Of a stretch of DNA of 64,000 bases, positions 1 through 13,007 are shown in pieces (position 1 is the stretch's first letter; each line of letters starts with the position of its first letter). Source of the stretch: Cladosporium halotolerans (Eukaryota); NCBI RefSeq assembly GCF_011745625.1, contig NW_027191467.1, positions 248,001 through 312,000 on the forward strand. The letters are read 5' to 3'. A program made the translations under genes and the position numbers. The notes under the pieces were generated by a model. The model made no database searches. It saw nothing but the letters and a program-made list of their open reading frames with translations, and was not told the DNA's origin.

Positions 1-748
1 GCCGCTCAACGCGAGCAAACCGCGCCCGGTGACATGGGTGTTACCCCAATGGGCGAGACTCTTTATCCGTCAGCACAATTCAGCAGTCTCCGGTCGTCAT
101 CTCTTACCATGCTCGTGTTCACGCGGGGCGACAGGCTCAGCGTGTGTCCAGTCCATGCCAAAAGCGCGTTCCTTTGCGCTACCATCCAATCCAATCTTCC
201 GTCAAGGTGCACGATGACCATGGAGGTAATCGCGGATTTTGTAGAAATTAAAGCCGTATAGGGAGTCGTGGAGGTTATGCGCTGGTAAATGAAAGGAATG
301 CCGAACAATGCTCGCCGAAAAGGCTCGAGGAGGGAAAGAGTAGAAACAGCCTGGGAGTACAATAAGCGACAGTCGCATGTATTGGGTATAGATAATCTGT
401 ACATTCTCAGGCTTGCCATTGAACCCGACGAGAGTGCCTTTGCGCGTGTACAGGTTTTGAGAGGCGGAAATGGAAGCAGAGAGGAGCGAGAAAGGACTGC
501 TTAACACCTCGAATCGCGCATCTACATTTCTCTTAGCTAGATTCTCGAAGCCATGCCCACAGATATATCCTACCGGCATTCGGGCTGGAATTGCTGCCGC
601 CGCTGGCCGGGTTGAGTGTTTGTGTAGGCTCGGTCGACGATGGGGTGGCGCTGATCTGGACGTAGCGGCGACTGGTGCGGCTCACCAAGTTCTGCCGCTG
701 CACATGGCGACATGCCGCGCAGGCAGAGTCCAGCGCGGGGCGACGCAT
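1..748 (-). CDS. AIM24: Altered inheritance of mitochondria protein 24 (AIM24 family), 5' part; runs off the left edge
   Basis: ATG at 748 with an Arg-rich mitochondrial-type presequence. Exons encode [56 protein letters not shown] and [18 protein letters not shown], joined by three GT-AG introns. Confidence 0.85.
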
Positions 749-1020
749 GGTAGGGTGTGCGAGAAGGAGATACTCGTCGTCGTCGGCACCAACCTCGCCC
801 TCACGCTCCAATCGCCTTAAGACCCAAAGATGCGCGCGGGAGCTTCGCGGGACGTTCCGTCGCAAGCTGCTCAGATGGAAGGTGAGGCGACACGCGGCGA
901 GCACATCTTGGCACCCCACACCTGGAAAAGCACGACTTCGTCTTTCGCAGCGCAAGAGTTTCTGGAGTTGACCAGCGACGACTTCGATCTCGACAACCGC
1001 ATTGCCAATCCACCGCCGCA

Positions 1021-1538
1021 ATGCCTACCAGACTCACCCAGACCCGCAAGCACCGTGGCCACGTCTCGGCCGGTCACGGTCGTATCGGCAAGCACCGCAA
1101 GCACCCCGGTGGTCGTGGTATGGCCGGTGGTCAGCACCACCACCGCACCAACATCGACAAGTACCACCCTGGTTACTTCGGTAAGGTTGGTATGAGGTAC
1201 TTCCACAAGCTCCAGAACCAGTTCTGGAAGCCCGTCATCAACCTCGACAAGGTACGCACTTCTTGCAAAATTCCCATTCGCGAAAACTCTTTCACGACAG
1301 GCACTAACAAGCCCTCCAGCTCTGGTCCCTCATCCCCGTTGAGCAGCGCGAGAAGTACCTGGCCAACAAGTCCGCTGAGACTGCCCCGGTCCTCGACCTC
1401 CTCTCCTTCGGCTACAGCAAGGTCCTCGGCAAGGGTCGCATCCCTGAGGTCCCCCTCATCGTCCGCGCCCGCTACTTCTCCAAGGACGCCGAGCGCAAGA
1501 TCAAGGAGGCCGGCGGTGTTGTCCAGCTCGTCGCTTAA
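1021..1538 (+). CDS. RPL28: 60S ribosomal protein uL15 (L27a / yeast L28)
   Basis: [33 protein letters not shown]...[15 protein letters not shown]. Intron 1252-1319 (GTACGC..CTAAC..CAG). Exon 2 reads LWSLIP...[13 protein letters not shown], stop TAA at 1536-1538. Confidence 0.98.
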
Positions 1539-2168
1539 GCGACTTGTCTGTTGACTTCATTGGCATAACGGTTCAAAAAAGCCCGGCGTTGGAAGGCGCA
1601 ACGTGCTTGCGGCATGCTGCGGAAAATAAGGAGGAGTGTGTTGCAAGGATACCTCATTATACCCATCCTTCTCTTCAGCGTGGTGGCTGAGAGATGTTAC
1701 TGCAATTGAACGTCGTAAATACAATCGACCAAAATTCAAACATCTCTGAACAAACCTTCTGACATCCTTCCGAGGATGAGCTGTCAGTGTGACCCATGTG
1801 ATGTCCCGAGCCTCGGCTCTCTTTGCCCATGCCTTTGTGATGTAGTGTTCTATCGTGATGTTATACGTGACCGTGCCCTCGCCAGCATCGTCGGTTTCGC
1901 TCATTGGCCGGATTCGCAATCTGCCTGTTACTGCTAAAGGCACAGACTTACAATTGTGTATCTTACAATTGTGTAGTCACCTGGGGCAAGACAAGTCCAA
2001 CGCCCATGCGATTCCGCAAAAGGACGCGGCGCGGAATTGTAGCAAACTTATGTGAGCTGTAGAGCGACTGACACATTTTGCAATTGATGCGCCTATCACG
2101 ATTCAACGGGCGATCACGGGCCCGAACCTGAGCAACCCAAGAAAAAGAGGACCACAGACTCTTCTCGT

Positions 2169-3319
2169 TCATGCCTGATTGTCCATCAGCTCCCCTTGAA
2201 TGCTAGGGATCCCAAAATCCTCAGCTTCAACATCATTCGTCAGACACCCAGACCTACAGCCGTCCGCACGCGCACATATGCCTTTCTTGATCGTCTTCCC
2301 GTACAGACCTGTAACATTCATGGCTCCGGCGTCGAGGTTCTCGCACAGCCAGGGCAGCCAGTCTGGCGCGTCGCTCGCGTGCCTCAAGATATGGACGTAG
2401 ACCCTCGAGAACCAGAGTCGGATAGCGGTACCAGCTTCCCACGCCGACAGGCGCCGGCCGTCGATGCCGCAGGCCGTTTGCGAGACGAGTTCGCTGTCGA
2501 AGCCCTCGTTCGAGAGGGAAGGTTTCCTGTCGATCAGCGTGTGGCATAGGGCGTCGGCTTCTGGGCCGTTGGTGTTGGAGGCGATCATCAGGTAGGCGAA
2601 GAAGGTGCTGCGGAGGCGTTGGTGGGTGTCCAAGGCTTCTTGGGAAGCTTGGGTGGCGTTTGTGCCGTTAAAGAAGGGTGGCGGGGTTATGGTCAGGTTG
2701 GAGGCGGCGCAGATAGCGGGCAGGAAGCGGTCGGACTGGACCTCGAAGGCTTCGAGGAGGTTGGGACGGAGGGAGTTGCACATGTAGACGAAGGGGTTGT
2801 GGAAGGTGGCGGTTGCGTTCGCTTTTCTAGTTGTCAGCCCGTCTTCGAATGTGAGTAGGGTTGGGGAAGAGACTGACAGAGATCGAATGAGTACAGCAAC
2901 TGGGTGAGGAAGGTGCCCGTATTGAAGAACTTCATGTTGCTGGCAATGCGGTTGCTGGTGGTCGACCAATCCTCCGAGTCTGCGCCGATCTGGTCACAGA
3001 ATGGCCCTGATATACCATGTCAATATGGCGGACAGAACGGCCGTTGTGTTATTTTCATACTCTGCATTGCATAAGTATCGAGGCCCATACCAGCCCAACG
3101 CTGATGGTCCAAGATAGTCATGTTGTTGCATACATCCTCCGGCTCCGCGACTTGCGCCCCTACGAGCTGGTAGCCGAATAGCAAAGACTGGTTGCGCCAC
3201 GTGCTTAGCCATTGTGGCGCTGTATATCCGCTGCGCTTCTCGAAGGCGTTGTCCAAGGCGGAGACGGAGCATAGGAGGCAGCTGCCTATGGTGAAGGTGA
3301 AGAGCATGATGGCTTGCAT
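2169..3319 (-). CDS. Secreted protein of unknown function with four Cys-pair repeat modules (about 346 aa)
   Basis: Hydrophobic signal peptide followed by a KR site. Inferred introns 3007-3060 and 2822-2877 give a continuous 1041-nt CDS. Confidence 0.7.
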
Positions 3320-4307
3320 CCTGGCGTTCTCGAATCGACAGTCGACGTTGGCACTTGAAAATCGTGTAGGCGCGTCCGTAAGAGTTTGAGAGGCATGTCT
3401 TCGCTTGCGTGGTGGTGTTTGTGTGATGGATCAAAGCCCGGTCCGCAAGGGCAACAATAATTCATTGTACTCCGTCAGAGTAACGTTTGACCATCGGGCA
3501 GGTGCCTGGCATTGATCATCGTGACTGACATCCGAATTAAGCATCTGAGGCAGGTACATCCCTCAGTACAACGTGGTACTTGAGACTCATCATATTTCAG
3601 ATGTTTGGTCGTCTGAACAAGGTATCCGTAGCACAGCAATATTGCCGAGGTGATTGCCTTCGAGCTCTCTGTTCGTGTGTTACCGTGGGATATGCGGTTA
3701 CTAGGTACCTGCAGTGGTGCTGCACACATGCATTCCACGTAGTATTGGGGCCTGTACGTCAAGGGATCTTTCGGAGGTGGTGAGCCTGTCGAGATGGTCG
3801 ACGACTGGGTAAAAGGCTATGCAACGAAGAGCTCATGTGAGATGCTCGCAATACTGCACCATATACGAGACATGCCAGGAGACGAGACTTGATCATATAA
3901 CAACCTGGAATGGACCTCATTTGCAGTGTGCAAGAAAAGTCGTTGCCTCGTAATTCCTCGCGGTTCACGATCCAAGTACATGCTGCACACTGCTTTGGCG
4001 CTGAAGATTTGAAAAAGACTTTTTCTAATTGATAAGTCTTCGGCGGGAGTCCAGTAGTAGTGATGGAGATGGAGGAAAGTACTACAGTACACTCGCTCAA
4101 ACACGCGTCTTGTAGGCGTCCGCGCCAATGCTTCGGCTTCGGCAATTCAACGCCTCCGCCTTGTACAATACAGCACTTTCTCTCTGTCATAAAACGCGTT
4201 CAGGATTTGTACCCATACGGACTTAGTGCGCTCTCTTGTGTTTCTTTGCTGTCACGCAGGACCGACATTCGCGAAACCGCAGACAGGATTGCCTGCCTCC
4301 CTACGCC

Positions 4308-6647
4308 ATGGACTCTGATAGTGTTGGCGGGCGCAAACGCCGCAAGACGTTAGTTGCGTGTGAACATTGCCGCATCAAGAAGATAAAGTGCGACGGCGAG
4401 CGACCTGTCTGCGGAGCTTGTGCTAAGAAGGGCTGGCAGAGTGACAAGTGCGTCTGGAAACATCTCGGGGTAACAGAGGAGCCCTCCACGGCTGGCTTGA
4501 TCCATGGCCTTCAAGAGCGGATTGCTGAGCTTGAGAAGCGGGCTTCTTCCAACGCGTATAGTCCCTCTGAATGGGGCACCGCCGGTCTGGATTTGACGAA
4601 TGACGCGCATGGGCGCTTCAGGCCCCAGGGGAAGTCCCCAAAAGGTGTTAGCCCCGGTGGAATCAGCGCTCTCGAGGGCGCCGTCACTGGCAAGCCGCAG
4701 GATGAGGGCTTCATCGGTCCTGGATCAACCGCTGCATTTGTGACTTCCGTCCGAAGCGCTGTTGACCCCGGAAAACCATTTCCTGGAGTACTGTCGGCCT
4801 CCCCGAAGACCTCGGGAAGCTCCAAGCCTATGGACTACGTTTTGCCGCCGCGGAGACAAGCGAATGCTCTGGTTCAGGCGTATTGGGCCTATGTCCATCC
4901 TCTCTACCCATTTCTATATCGACCAAGCTTCGAAGCCACATACCAAAGTCTGTGGACTGGCGATGTTCCTCCCAAGAGTGCACATCCTCTCATGCGTCTC
5001 ACGGAAGCAAGCAGCATTTCGTTGGCCAATCTCGTATTCGCACTAGGATGTCAGTATTCTAGATCTCAGTACATCGATCAACCTCCTGGCGAAGGTCTCA
5101 GGTTGGCAGAAGGATATTTCGAGCGCGCAAAGGCAACCTTCGAGTACGACTTTTTGCAAGGCCTTCATCAGTCACTCCAGGCTGTACAGGTAGCTCTACT
5201 CATGGCTCAGTACTTATTAAGCACCGGAAGGCCGTCTTCAGCCTGGGAGGCTATTGGGCTAGGCATGCGGGCCTCCATCGCTCTAGGAATCCACCGCTGT
5301 GCGACCTTGTCTGAGAGTAACATGCCAAATGCTGCTGATCGGGAGATCTGCAAACGTGTTTGGTATGGTTGTCTGACGATGGAGAGGTAAGATTGACAAA
5401 TTGTTAGCATGAACAGACTGACAATCGCAGGACCCTCAGCGCTACACTAGGCCGTCCTGTCCTGGGGGTACGTACCGATGCTGGTTCGACATCGGTTCCT
5501 CAAGAGATAGATGAAGAGTCGTTTCAGTCTGGCCTCTGTTTTGATACTGCCCGTGGAAACCTATTGTCTACAAGATCTGTTATGTCATTCTTCCTTCTTT
5601 CCATACAGCTTTCCGAGATGACGCAGGAGATCTTGACATCATTCTACACCGATGACTCGGGTATTCTACCGAACGCAGACAGATACTTCACTGGACCTCG
5701 CTCGATTTTCGATTTGGATCGTGACATGATGGAATGGTGCGACGCAATTCCATCACATATCAGCTTACAGCAGGCGCACAAGGCTTTCTTAGATTCCAGG
5801 GACACCGATGAAATTAATAGCATGTTTTACCGACAGTCGGTCGTCTTGTGGGCAAGGTAAGTCTATCTGCTACAATAAATTCGGACTACTAGGATCTAAC
5901 AGCGACGTCAAAGGTACCTTCAAGTTCGAATTTACTTATTCAAGCCGGTACTATCCCTCGTCTGCACTGGTCTTGGAGATCGTCCCAGCCAGAATTCTCT
6001 GGGACGCGAGTCTAGCCTAAAGCATGGCACTTTAGGCCAACGAACGTCAGTCCAATGCTCAGTGCTATGCGTCAGATCCGCAATCGAGTTGATTGAACTA
6101 ATGCACGACCACCAAACAACTGCTGAGGCCTGGGGCCAGAAGCCCACCTGGTTACATGGAGTCCTTCGTATGCCTAATCCATCAATTCCCGTCACGTGCT
6201 TCTGACCTGACCCTCGGCATAGATGTCTACCTTGCTGCAACTGTCCTTTTAGCAGCTCGTCTTGCACCAAGCTTACTTCTGGCGGAAGCTTCTCCGGACC
6301 GCGTGCAAATAGCATGGAACAAGGCATTGGCAGTCTTGCGTGGCTTCCAAGCAGATAGCGTTTCAGCGCATAGATGCGTTGCGGCTCTCGAGCTCTTGTA
6401 CCACAAGCTCCCAGCAGCTGGTTTTACACGAGACCAGCCTGAGATTTCTGAGTTTCTGACGCATGGAGGTACTACAAACCAAGGCATTCAGGGGACACTG
6501 GGCTCAGAAATCATACAAGACTACCCGTCATTTTTTGACAATTCTGGAAATACAACGGATGACGCCACCAGCTGGCTTCACACATTTGACCTGTCGGATC
6601 CATACGAAATGTCATGGTTCATGGCACCTGAGTTTGATATAGCATAG
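4308..6647 (+). CDS. Zn(II)2Cys6 transcription factor with fungal-specific TF middle-homology domain
   Basis: ACEHCRIKKIKCDGERPVCGACAKKGWQSDKCVW; YWAYVHPLYPFL; ALGIHR; KRVWYGC. Three GT-AG introns near 5387, 5857 and 6168. Confidence 0.93.
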
Positions 6648-6702
6648 CCTAGGGGGTAATCATCTATGGGATCTCCTTCCATCGACCTAATGAATGCGTT
6701 TC

Positions 6703-8101
6703 TTACGTCGTGTCTACAGGCCCTGCGTATGGGAGGGCCGCGGCGTCCAAAAGAGCCCCATTTGCCCTAAGGCAAGCTTGTACCTCACTAACATCAAGCT
6801 TTCCTTTGACAAGCAGTCCTGCGGCTGTTCCTGTTGCTTGGCCTGTAGCTAGAGCAGTCCCCATTACCCTGACAGCACTGCTGGTATACTTGTCACCGTC
6901 CACGCATCTCCCGGCAACGAACAAATTGGCGGTATCTCTACTTCGCAGACATCGAAGTGGGATTTCGAAGGTACCCGCTGGCGGGTATCTGAAACTACTC
7001 TCCCAGAACTCGTTGGTCTCATCATGGAACTCCATGCCCCATGCCCCGATCGCGATGGTGTCGTCAAAGCTGGAGTTGTTCATGAAGTCATCCTCCGTCA
7101 GGCTGTATTTAGCGTTTACGTGACGGCTCTCCCTTGTGCCAAAATTCGGTCCTGTCGACACAAGATACAAGTTCTCGTGACCAGGCAGAGTGCGCAAGAT
7201 CTGAAGGTACGCCTGGGCTTGCTGTCGCCCAGAGATCTCCGCTGCCGTGATAGAAGCGGCATCGCGGGCATCGTACGATGCAGACGCAAGGAATGACATG
7301 ATGTCTCCTGACAGCGGCAGAGGAAGAAGTACGGAGGAGTTCTTCTTGCATAATTTGGCAAGAGATGGATCCTTGTCCTTCGCTTTGACGATTGCCTGTT
7401 TCCAAAGATCTGCAGTTGGCCGTGCATCCGGTGAAAACCCACCAAACCGCGTAGCAAGCGATCCAATGTTAACGGAGCCATGGTTCCCGTAGCGAGTCGA
7501 CGCTCCGACATGGTAGGCGAGGTCTGCGTCTCCCGAACAATCGATGAAGGCAGCCGCAACGAATTTCCTTCTTCCCCGTCGTTCCTGCACTTCGATAGAT
7601 GTTGCGAGTGGTCCCTCGCGGCTCGCCTGCACAACCGCGGCATGTAAAAGGACGTCGATGTTGTTCTCAAGCAGCAACTCGTCAAGTACGACCTTTAGAC
7701 ATTCCGGCTCAACAACCTGTGTTGATGTCAGAAGCGGGCTTTACACTCCAACCAAGTGTACGTACCTGGAATATACCTCGGTGTTGACGTGCTCTCGACG
7801 GTGTTCCTCGGATGGCCAAAAGTCTCCGGTTGATCTCGTCCCATACTCCACCCACCGCTTGCCTGGGCTTGGGCTCTGAAGTGAATAGGCCACAAAAGGA
7901 TACAACGCCTCGGTGCGTGATCGCGCCTCCGAGACAGCCTTCCGACTCAATCACGATAATACGCGCCGCAGGGTTAGCTTGACGGGCTCCTATGGCGGCT
8001 CCAATGCCGGCAGCTCCGCCGCCGACCACGATAACGTCGTAGTGAGGGCTCGCAACTTGGCGCTCGCTCGAATATGTGGAAAGGGTTTCGTCGACCGCCA
8101 T
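6703..8101 (-). CDS. FAD-dependent oxidoreductase (FAD_oxidored / PF12831-like)
   Basis: YDVIVVGGGAAGIGAAIGA Rossmann motif, FIDCSGDADLA, GTRESR, NLFVAGRC, AVRVMGTALATGQATGTAA. One intron at about 7718-7765. Confidence 0.9.
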
Positions 8102-8223
8102 TTTTCGTGATTTTGACCACAGCACCAGTCTGAACTACGAGACATGGCTTTTATGTTGCATGTGCTGCGGCTTGGTGCGGTCGGAGAACCCGCTCCTGCG
8201 ACTTGCTGGGGATGAAGATGCCT

Positions 8224-8236
8224 TCGGATCATCCGA
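8224..8236. promoter_or_regulatory. Inverted CGG-N5-CCG palindrome (TCGGAT-C-ATCCGA); candidate Zn2Cys6 binding site in the divergent promoter
   Basis: Perfect 6-bp inverted repeat with a 1-nt spacer between the divergent oxidoreductase (start 8101) and MFS (start 8479). Confidence 0.35.
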
Positions 8237-8478
8237 GATGACAAAAAGTGGGCCCGGGTGCTCCGAACGACTCACCCGGAACCTGAGTGGCACTCCGTAG
8301 GTGAACATACTTTCCACAATGCCAACTCCGGATCCTGCCCCGCAAAAGCACCCCAGGTTGTGGGGGCTCCGAGATTCTGACAAAGGCTATATTATGTTGT
8401 CGAGAATGCTCTCAGTCCTGCTCTTCCTCGTGGCAACCACTTCATTTCCCAAGTTCGCTTCCGATTTATCCTTTCGTT

Positions 8479-10035
8479 ATGGCTGCACCCACGCCTGAAA
8501 AGTTGGAGTTGGAGATGTCCGTTCATCTGGAGAACGGTGACGACGATCAGAATGAGAGGGTCGAGCAGGCGGAGCAAGAGGCGAGGAAGCGTCTTGAGAC
8601 GAAATTGAGACACAAATTCGACGCACGTGTCCTGCCCATCGGAATCGTTGTATACCTCATGGCCCAGATCGACAGGAGTAACATGAGCAACGCTGCCGTC
8701 TTGGGAATCAAGGATGACCTCGATTTGACTGGGAACCGCTTCAATATTGCTCTCACCATTTTCTTCGTGGCCTACATCGCGTTTGAGATTCCGGCCAACA
8801 TGATGTGTAAGCGTTTCGGACCACGGATCTGGATTGCCTTCATCACCTTCGGTTTTGGCGTTACCACAACTTGCATGTCGCTCTGCAAGAGCTATTCAAC
8901 GCTACTACTTTGCCGCTTCCTTTTGGGTCTGTTCGAATCAGGGGTTCAGCCTGGGCTAATGTTCGCCTATGCTCAATTCTATCGGCGCCATGAGCTAGGA
9001 TCGCGTTGGGGTATCAAAGCCGCCGGTGGTTCTGTAGCTGGCGCCTTTGGTGGCCTGCTCGGCAGTGGACTGGGAAACATCCCCCAATATGGCATCTTCA
9101 CTAATGGCGATGGATTTTCCTCATTGAGGGATTGGTCACCGTCCTGGTTGGTGGAATAGTGTTCTGGTTCGTGCCTAATGACACCGCATCAGCAAGCTTC
9201 CTGACTGTAGAGGAGCGAACGGTCGCTATCGAACGAATTGCATCCGAAAACAAGATGACCGGAGCCGACGACGACCTATCGCCATGGCGCTGGGATGTCA
9301 TGAAGCAGGCAGTTGTGAATCTTAACACACAGCTTGTTGGCTTGGGAATCATGATGTCTTTGCTCTCGCTCACGTCCATTTCGCTATTCATGGTATGAAG
9401 CCGCAAACCACAGCATTGTGGAAAGTTAAACTTCACTAACGTATTCATAGCCATCCCTACTTAAAGCAATGGGATATTCTACGACCCATTCCCAGCTCCT
9501 TACCGTCCCGCCATACGTTTTCGCAGCCTGTGTTTGTATCGGGACATCTTTCGTCTCCGATAGGTTACACAGCCGTGGAATTCCCATTATGATCCTAACG
9601 CCACTAACCTGCTTGGGCTTCCTCCTTATGGCATTCGTTCCATCGACCGCGGTACGCTACTTCGCTTTATTTCTCACCACGGCACCCGCTTTTACGTGCT
9701 CGCCTCTCCTCTTGACTTGGGTGGTCAGTAACGCCGCTGGACCTAGCGTACGCGCCATCGTCAGCGCATACGCAGTCGGTGAAGGGAACATAGGGGCCAT
9801 CATTGCCACCTGGACTTACCTGCCAAATAACGGCCCGAGATACCTTCAGGGGCACGTGATCAACTTTGGCGGCTCGGTGATCCTGCTGGCTGTAACCACG
9901 ATCACGTTCGTCTACCTGAAGTGGGAAAATAAGGTCAGGGCACAGGGAAGGAGGGATCACAGACTTCTCACTGCGACTCAAGAAGACAAATGGCGGCTTG
10001 GTCATCGACACCCGGAATTCAAGTACACAGCTTGA
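8479..10035 (+). CDS. MFS transporter, anion:cation symporter (allantoate/nicotinate permease-like); carries a 1-nt frameshift at about 9103
   Basis: KFDARVLP, IDRSNMSNA, FEIPANMM, WRWIFLIEG (in the shifted frame), QLLTVPPY, LGHRHPEFKYTA. Intron 9393-9450. Confidence 0.88.
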
Positions 10036-11592
10036 ATTCAAGGGCATGGAACGAATTTGTACAAGACGCTGCTAAAAGCCTGTATTCCAAAAGATACTGG
10101 CAATGCCAATATCCAAGCGTATATAATCATTTTTGCATGGAGGTGTCTTGTTGTGGAAAATGACCTTCGCCCTGCCCTCAATCTGACTCAATTGTCTTTT
10201 GGGGTTCAACGCATAGAAGGCGGTAGATCTCAGTACCTTGTGTTTCATGTCTTGTACGCTCAGCTCTTGGACAAGTACTTGTCTAAACTCTTGATTACTC
10301 AACCTATCTAATGGGCTGTAGCTATTTCTTCAGAAGTATCGTGCGCGTAGAGGGAGACGATGGGCTTTTGCGGATGACTCGCGGTAAAGTGATATGAGAA
10401 CGTTGGTGGCCAGTTTGGCGGCAAGTCAAAATCCAAGGCTCTTGCAAACATGTCAAGGAATTTCATGCGAACGCAGTCATGCCCAAGACCGTAAAGGCAC
10501 CCTTGTCGATTGCGTGAAACCGATGGCTTCACAGAGCCTGTTCAGCTGCACAGGATCCCACGCGGAAACCATCAATTGACAACCTGTCGCACATTGAGAT
10601 CAGCCTGCGTCAGCACAGCACAAATCGAGCCCAGAACGCTCCCCTCTCCATTGTTGCCGGGGACCGCCTGCTGCGAAGAACTCACAGGGCCAAAACATCA
10701 AGGCAAGGAAACCTTCAAAGCTTCCCGTGGATGGCCCGTAATCAGCAGTGTGGGTAAGAGTACAAGACTCAAGGTTCGTGATATCGATACTTTACTAATA
10801 TGTAGCCAGGGGTACCAGCACATCCGTGGGTGTGCAATCCAACACGCTTCGATACAGTGGTGACAAGGTGTGTCGCCTCTTGTTACCAAGCGTGCACGCC
10901 GTTGCGCTCAGAGCCGTTCAATTTACGGCGCGGTTTCGTTCATGGTATTCGTGTCGAAATAATTGATGGTATTGCCGGAGGCTGTGGAACAAAGAGCGGC
11001 CGACACCGAGTTTCGTCCACCAGCTGAGCTCATCAAAATTCGCAGGGGTTCGTTGGTAGGAGGCTTCGCCTAAAGCGGCGGGCCGGCCGATCGGTCTTCA
11101 ACCCTAATGGTTCCCAGAATGGCCTTCCATTCTCCACAGTCGTCTCACTTTCAAGCCACCTCGTTGATGCACGGGTTCCTTGACTCGAGAGTATCCTCCA
11201 CCGTCGTTTTGGGCCGTGGCTCGAACGGCGCGTGGCCCGATTTCTTCACGTACATCTTGCCACCAGCCCAAGCCTGAGCGGTAGCTTCACCGAGCAACGG
11301 CACTAGAGATGAGGCCGTCACGGCTCCTCGCGGCATACGATATACGCTATGCAGATCGCGCGAGGTCTATGCCATACCGGTCGGCGTGAAGCTCCGTTCG
11401 CTGTAGAAGTTACGTCGTTGGTATACTATTCCCGTACGCTGCACCATCCCGACTCTCGAATCCAGCGTCGCCCGGCTCCTTTTTTTGCAATCATCTTGTC
11501 TTTTAGCACGAACGGAGTCTCGTGACAACGACGTTCGCCAACAGAACAACTGGAGACACACGTCCTGTCTCGACATTTTCCAGCGCAAGACG

Positions 11593-13007
11593 ATGAGGGC
11601 TATACCACTCAAAGTCTACGCAGCGTGGCCGGCTCCAAATTATGTTGACCCAGTGACACGAGGCAACGAGTTGCTGATCATCAACATCATATTCATCACC
11701 GTGGTCACGTTGTCAATTATTGTACGGATCTACGCGAGATTGACGACGTCAAGAATAGGACTGGACGACTGGCTGATTTTTCTGGCATATCTTTTCACGA
11801 TCGGCATGACGGCTGCTGTTCTGTTAGCCAATCGTCGCTACGGCTGGGACAGACATACGTGGGACGTACGGATAGACGTTATTCAGAACGCGCAGATCAT
11901 CGCTTTCGTGACGAAGCAGATGTTTGTTGCCGCATCAAGTTTTACGCGACTTTCACTGATCATGCTATACTACCGACTCGTGAAAGAGACCACGACACGA
12001 TGGTATAGATGGTTAGTGCATTTTGGTCTGGTCTTTAACGTCTTACTCTTCCTCGTCCTGATCTTCATGGGCGTATTTACATGCGTGTAAGTTGCTGTAA
12101 GGGGACCGAGTGAGAAGAGCTCTCGCTGACATTGATGTACAGCCCGGTGCAAGCGTATTGGAAATTTCCGGACGTTGTCGACGGAAAGTGCGTAGACGAA
12201 GGTATCCTCACGCTTTTTGCTGGTGTTTTGAGCTGCGTTGCGGATCTTCTCTGCACCTTCCTCCCAACACCAATCATCATGCGTCTTCACATGCCGCTTG
12301 CAGACCGCATTGGCATTATCTGTCTTTTGTCGGCCGGAATCATTGTCACTATCGCTGGAGTCTTCAAGACTGTGTTCATCTGGAAAGGCCTAGTTGAAAG
12401 TTACGACGAGTCCTGGTACACATATCCTCTGTGGATCTGTGCGGCGCTGGAAGTAGACCTGGCCGTGGTGCGTTCACTCATGTCAATTCCGAGATCAACC
12501 TGAGCTGACTGAGAGTGTTAGATTTGCGCCTGCGTCCCTGCTATGAAGACTGTAGCATGGAAGCCCCTGAGACGCTGGACTTGCCTAGTTTACTCGCGCT
12601 TCAGTTCTCGCCGCGGTAACGGAGCGAGCAGAACCAATGGACCGGAGCTCACCTCACAAGATCCAATCATCTGGACCAACGATCCCTCGCACGGAGGATA
12701 CAAGCTTTCCAATATGGACGCCAAGAAGGTGCCCATTGTTGAACAGGAGAGACAACTCAACGTCTTGGAGAAAGCAATCGCACAGCTCCCGTCTGCAACA
12801 CATGATCACCCGCATTTTGCTCGAGAGAACATTGGCATTCCTCAGCCAACGTGCCAAAGAGCAAGGTCGCCAAGACTTGAGATAAGCAAAGAGACCAGCT
12901 TCTTTGTCGCGTCTGCGAGCGAGGGAAACGTTTCTAGAAATATTCGGACTAGTGCGTCACTGACAGCGCTTCCGAATGGCCACTTCCCGAGACCATCACG
13001 CTCATGA
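11593..13007 (+). CDS. PTH11-like integral membrane protein (fungal rhodopsin-like domain, no CFEM)
   Basis: WPAPNYVDPVTRG, GLDDWLI, YGWDRHTWDV, ADLLCTFLP, LEVDLAVICACVPA. Introns at about 12087-12142 and 12468-12521. Confidence 0.88.

Noticed and set aside
1947..1975. 14-bp direct repeat CTTACAATTGTGTA x2 (and a 12-bp duplication at about 44743-44770) as transposon footprints
   Set aside because: No terminal inverted repeats or transposase remnants nearby; simple slippage duplications explain them.
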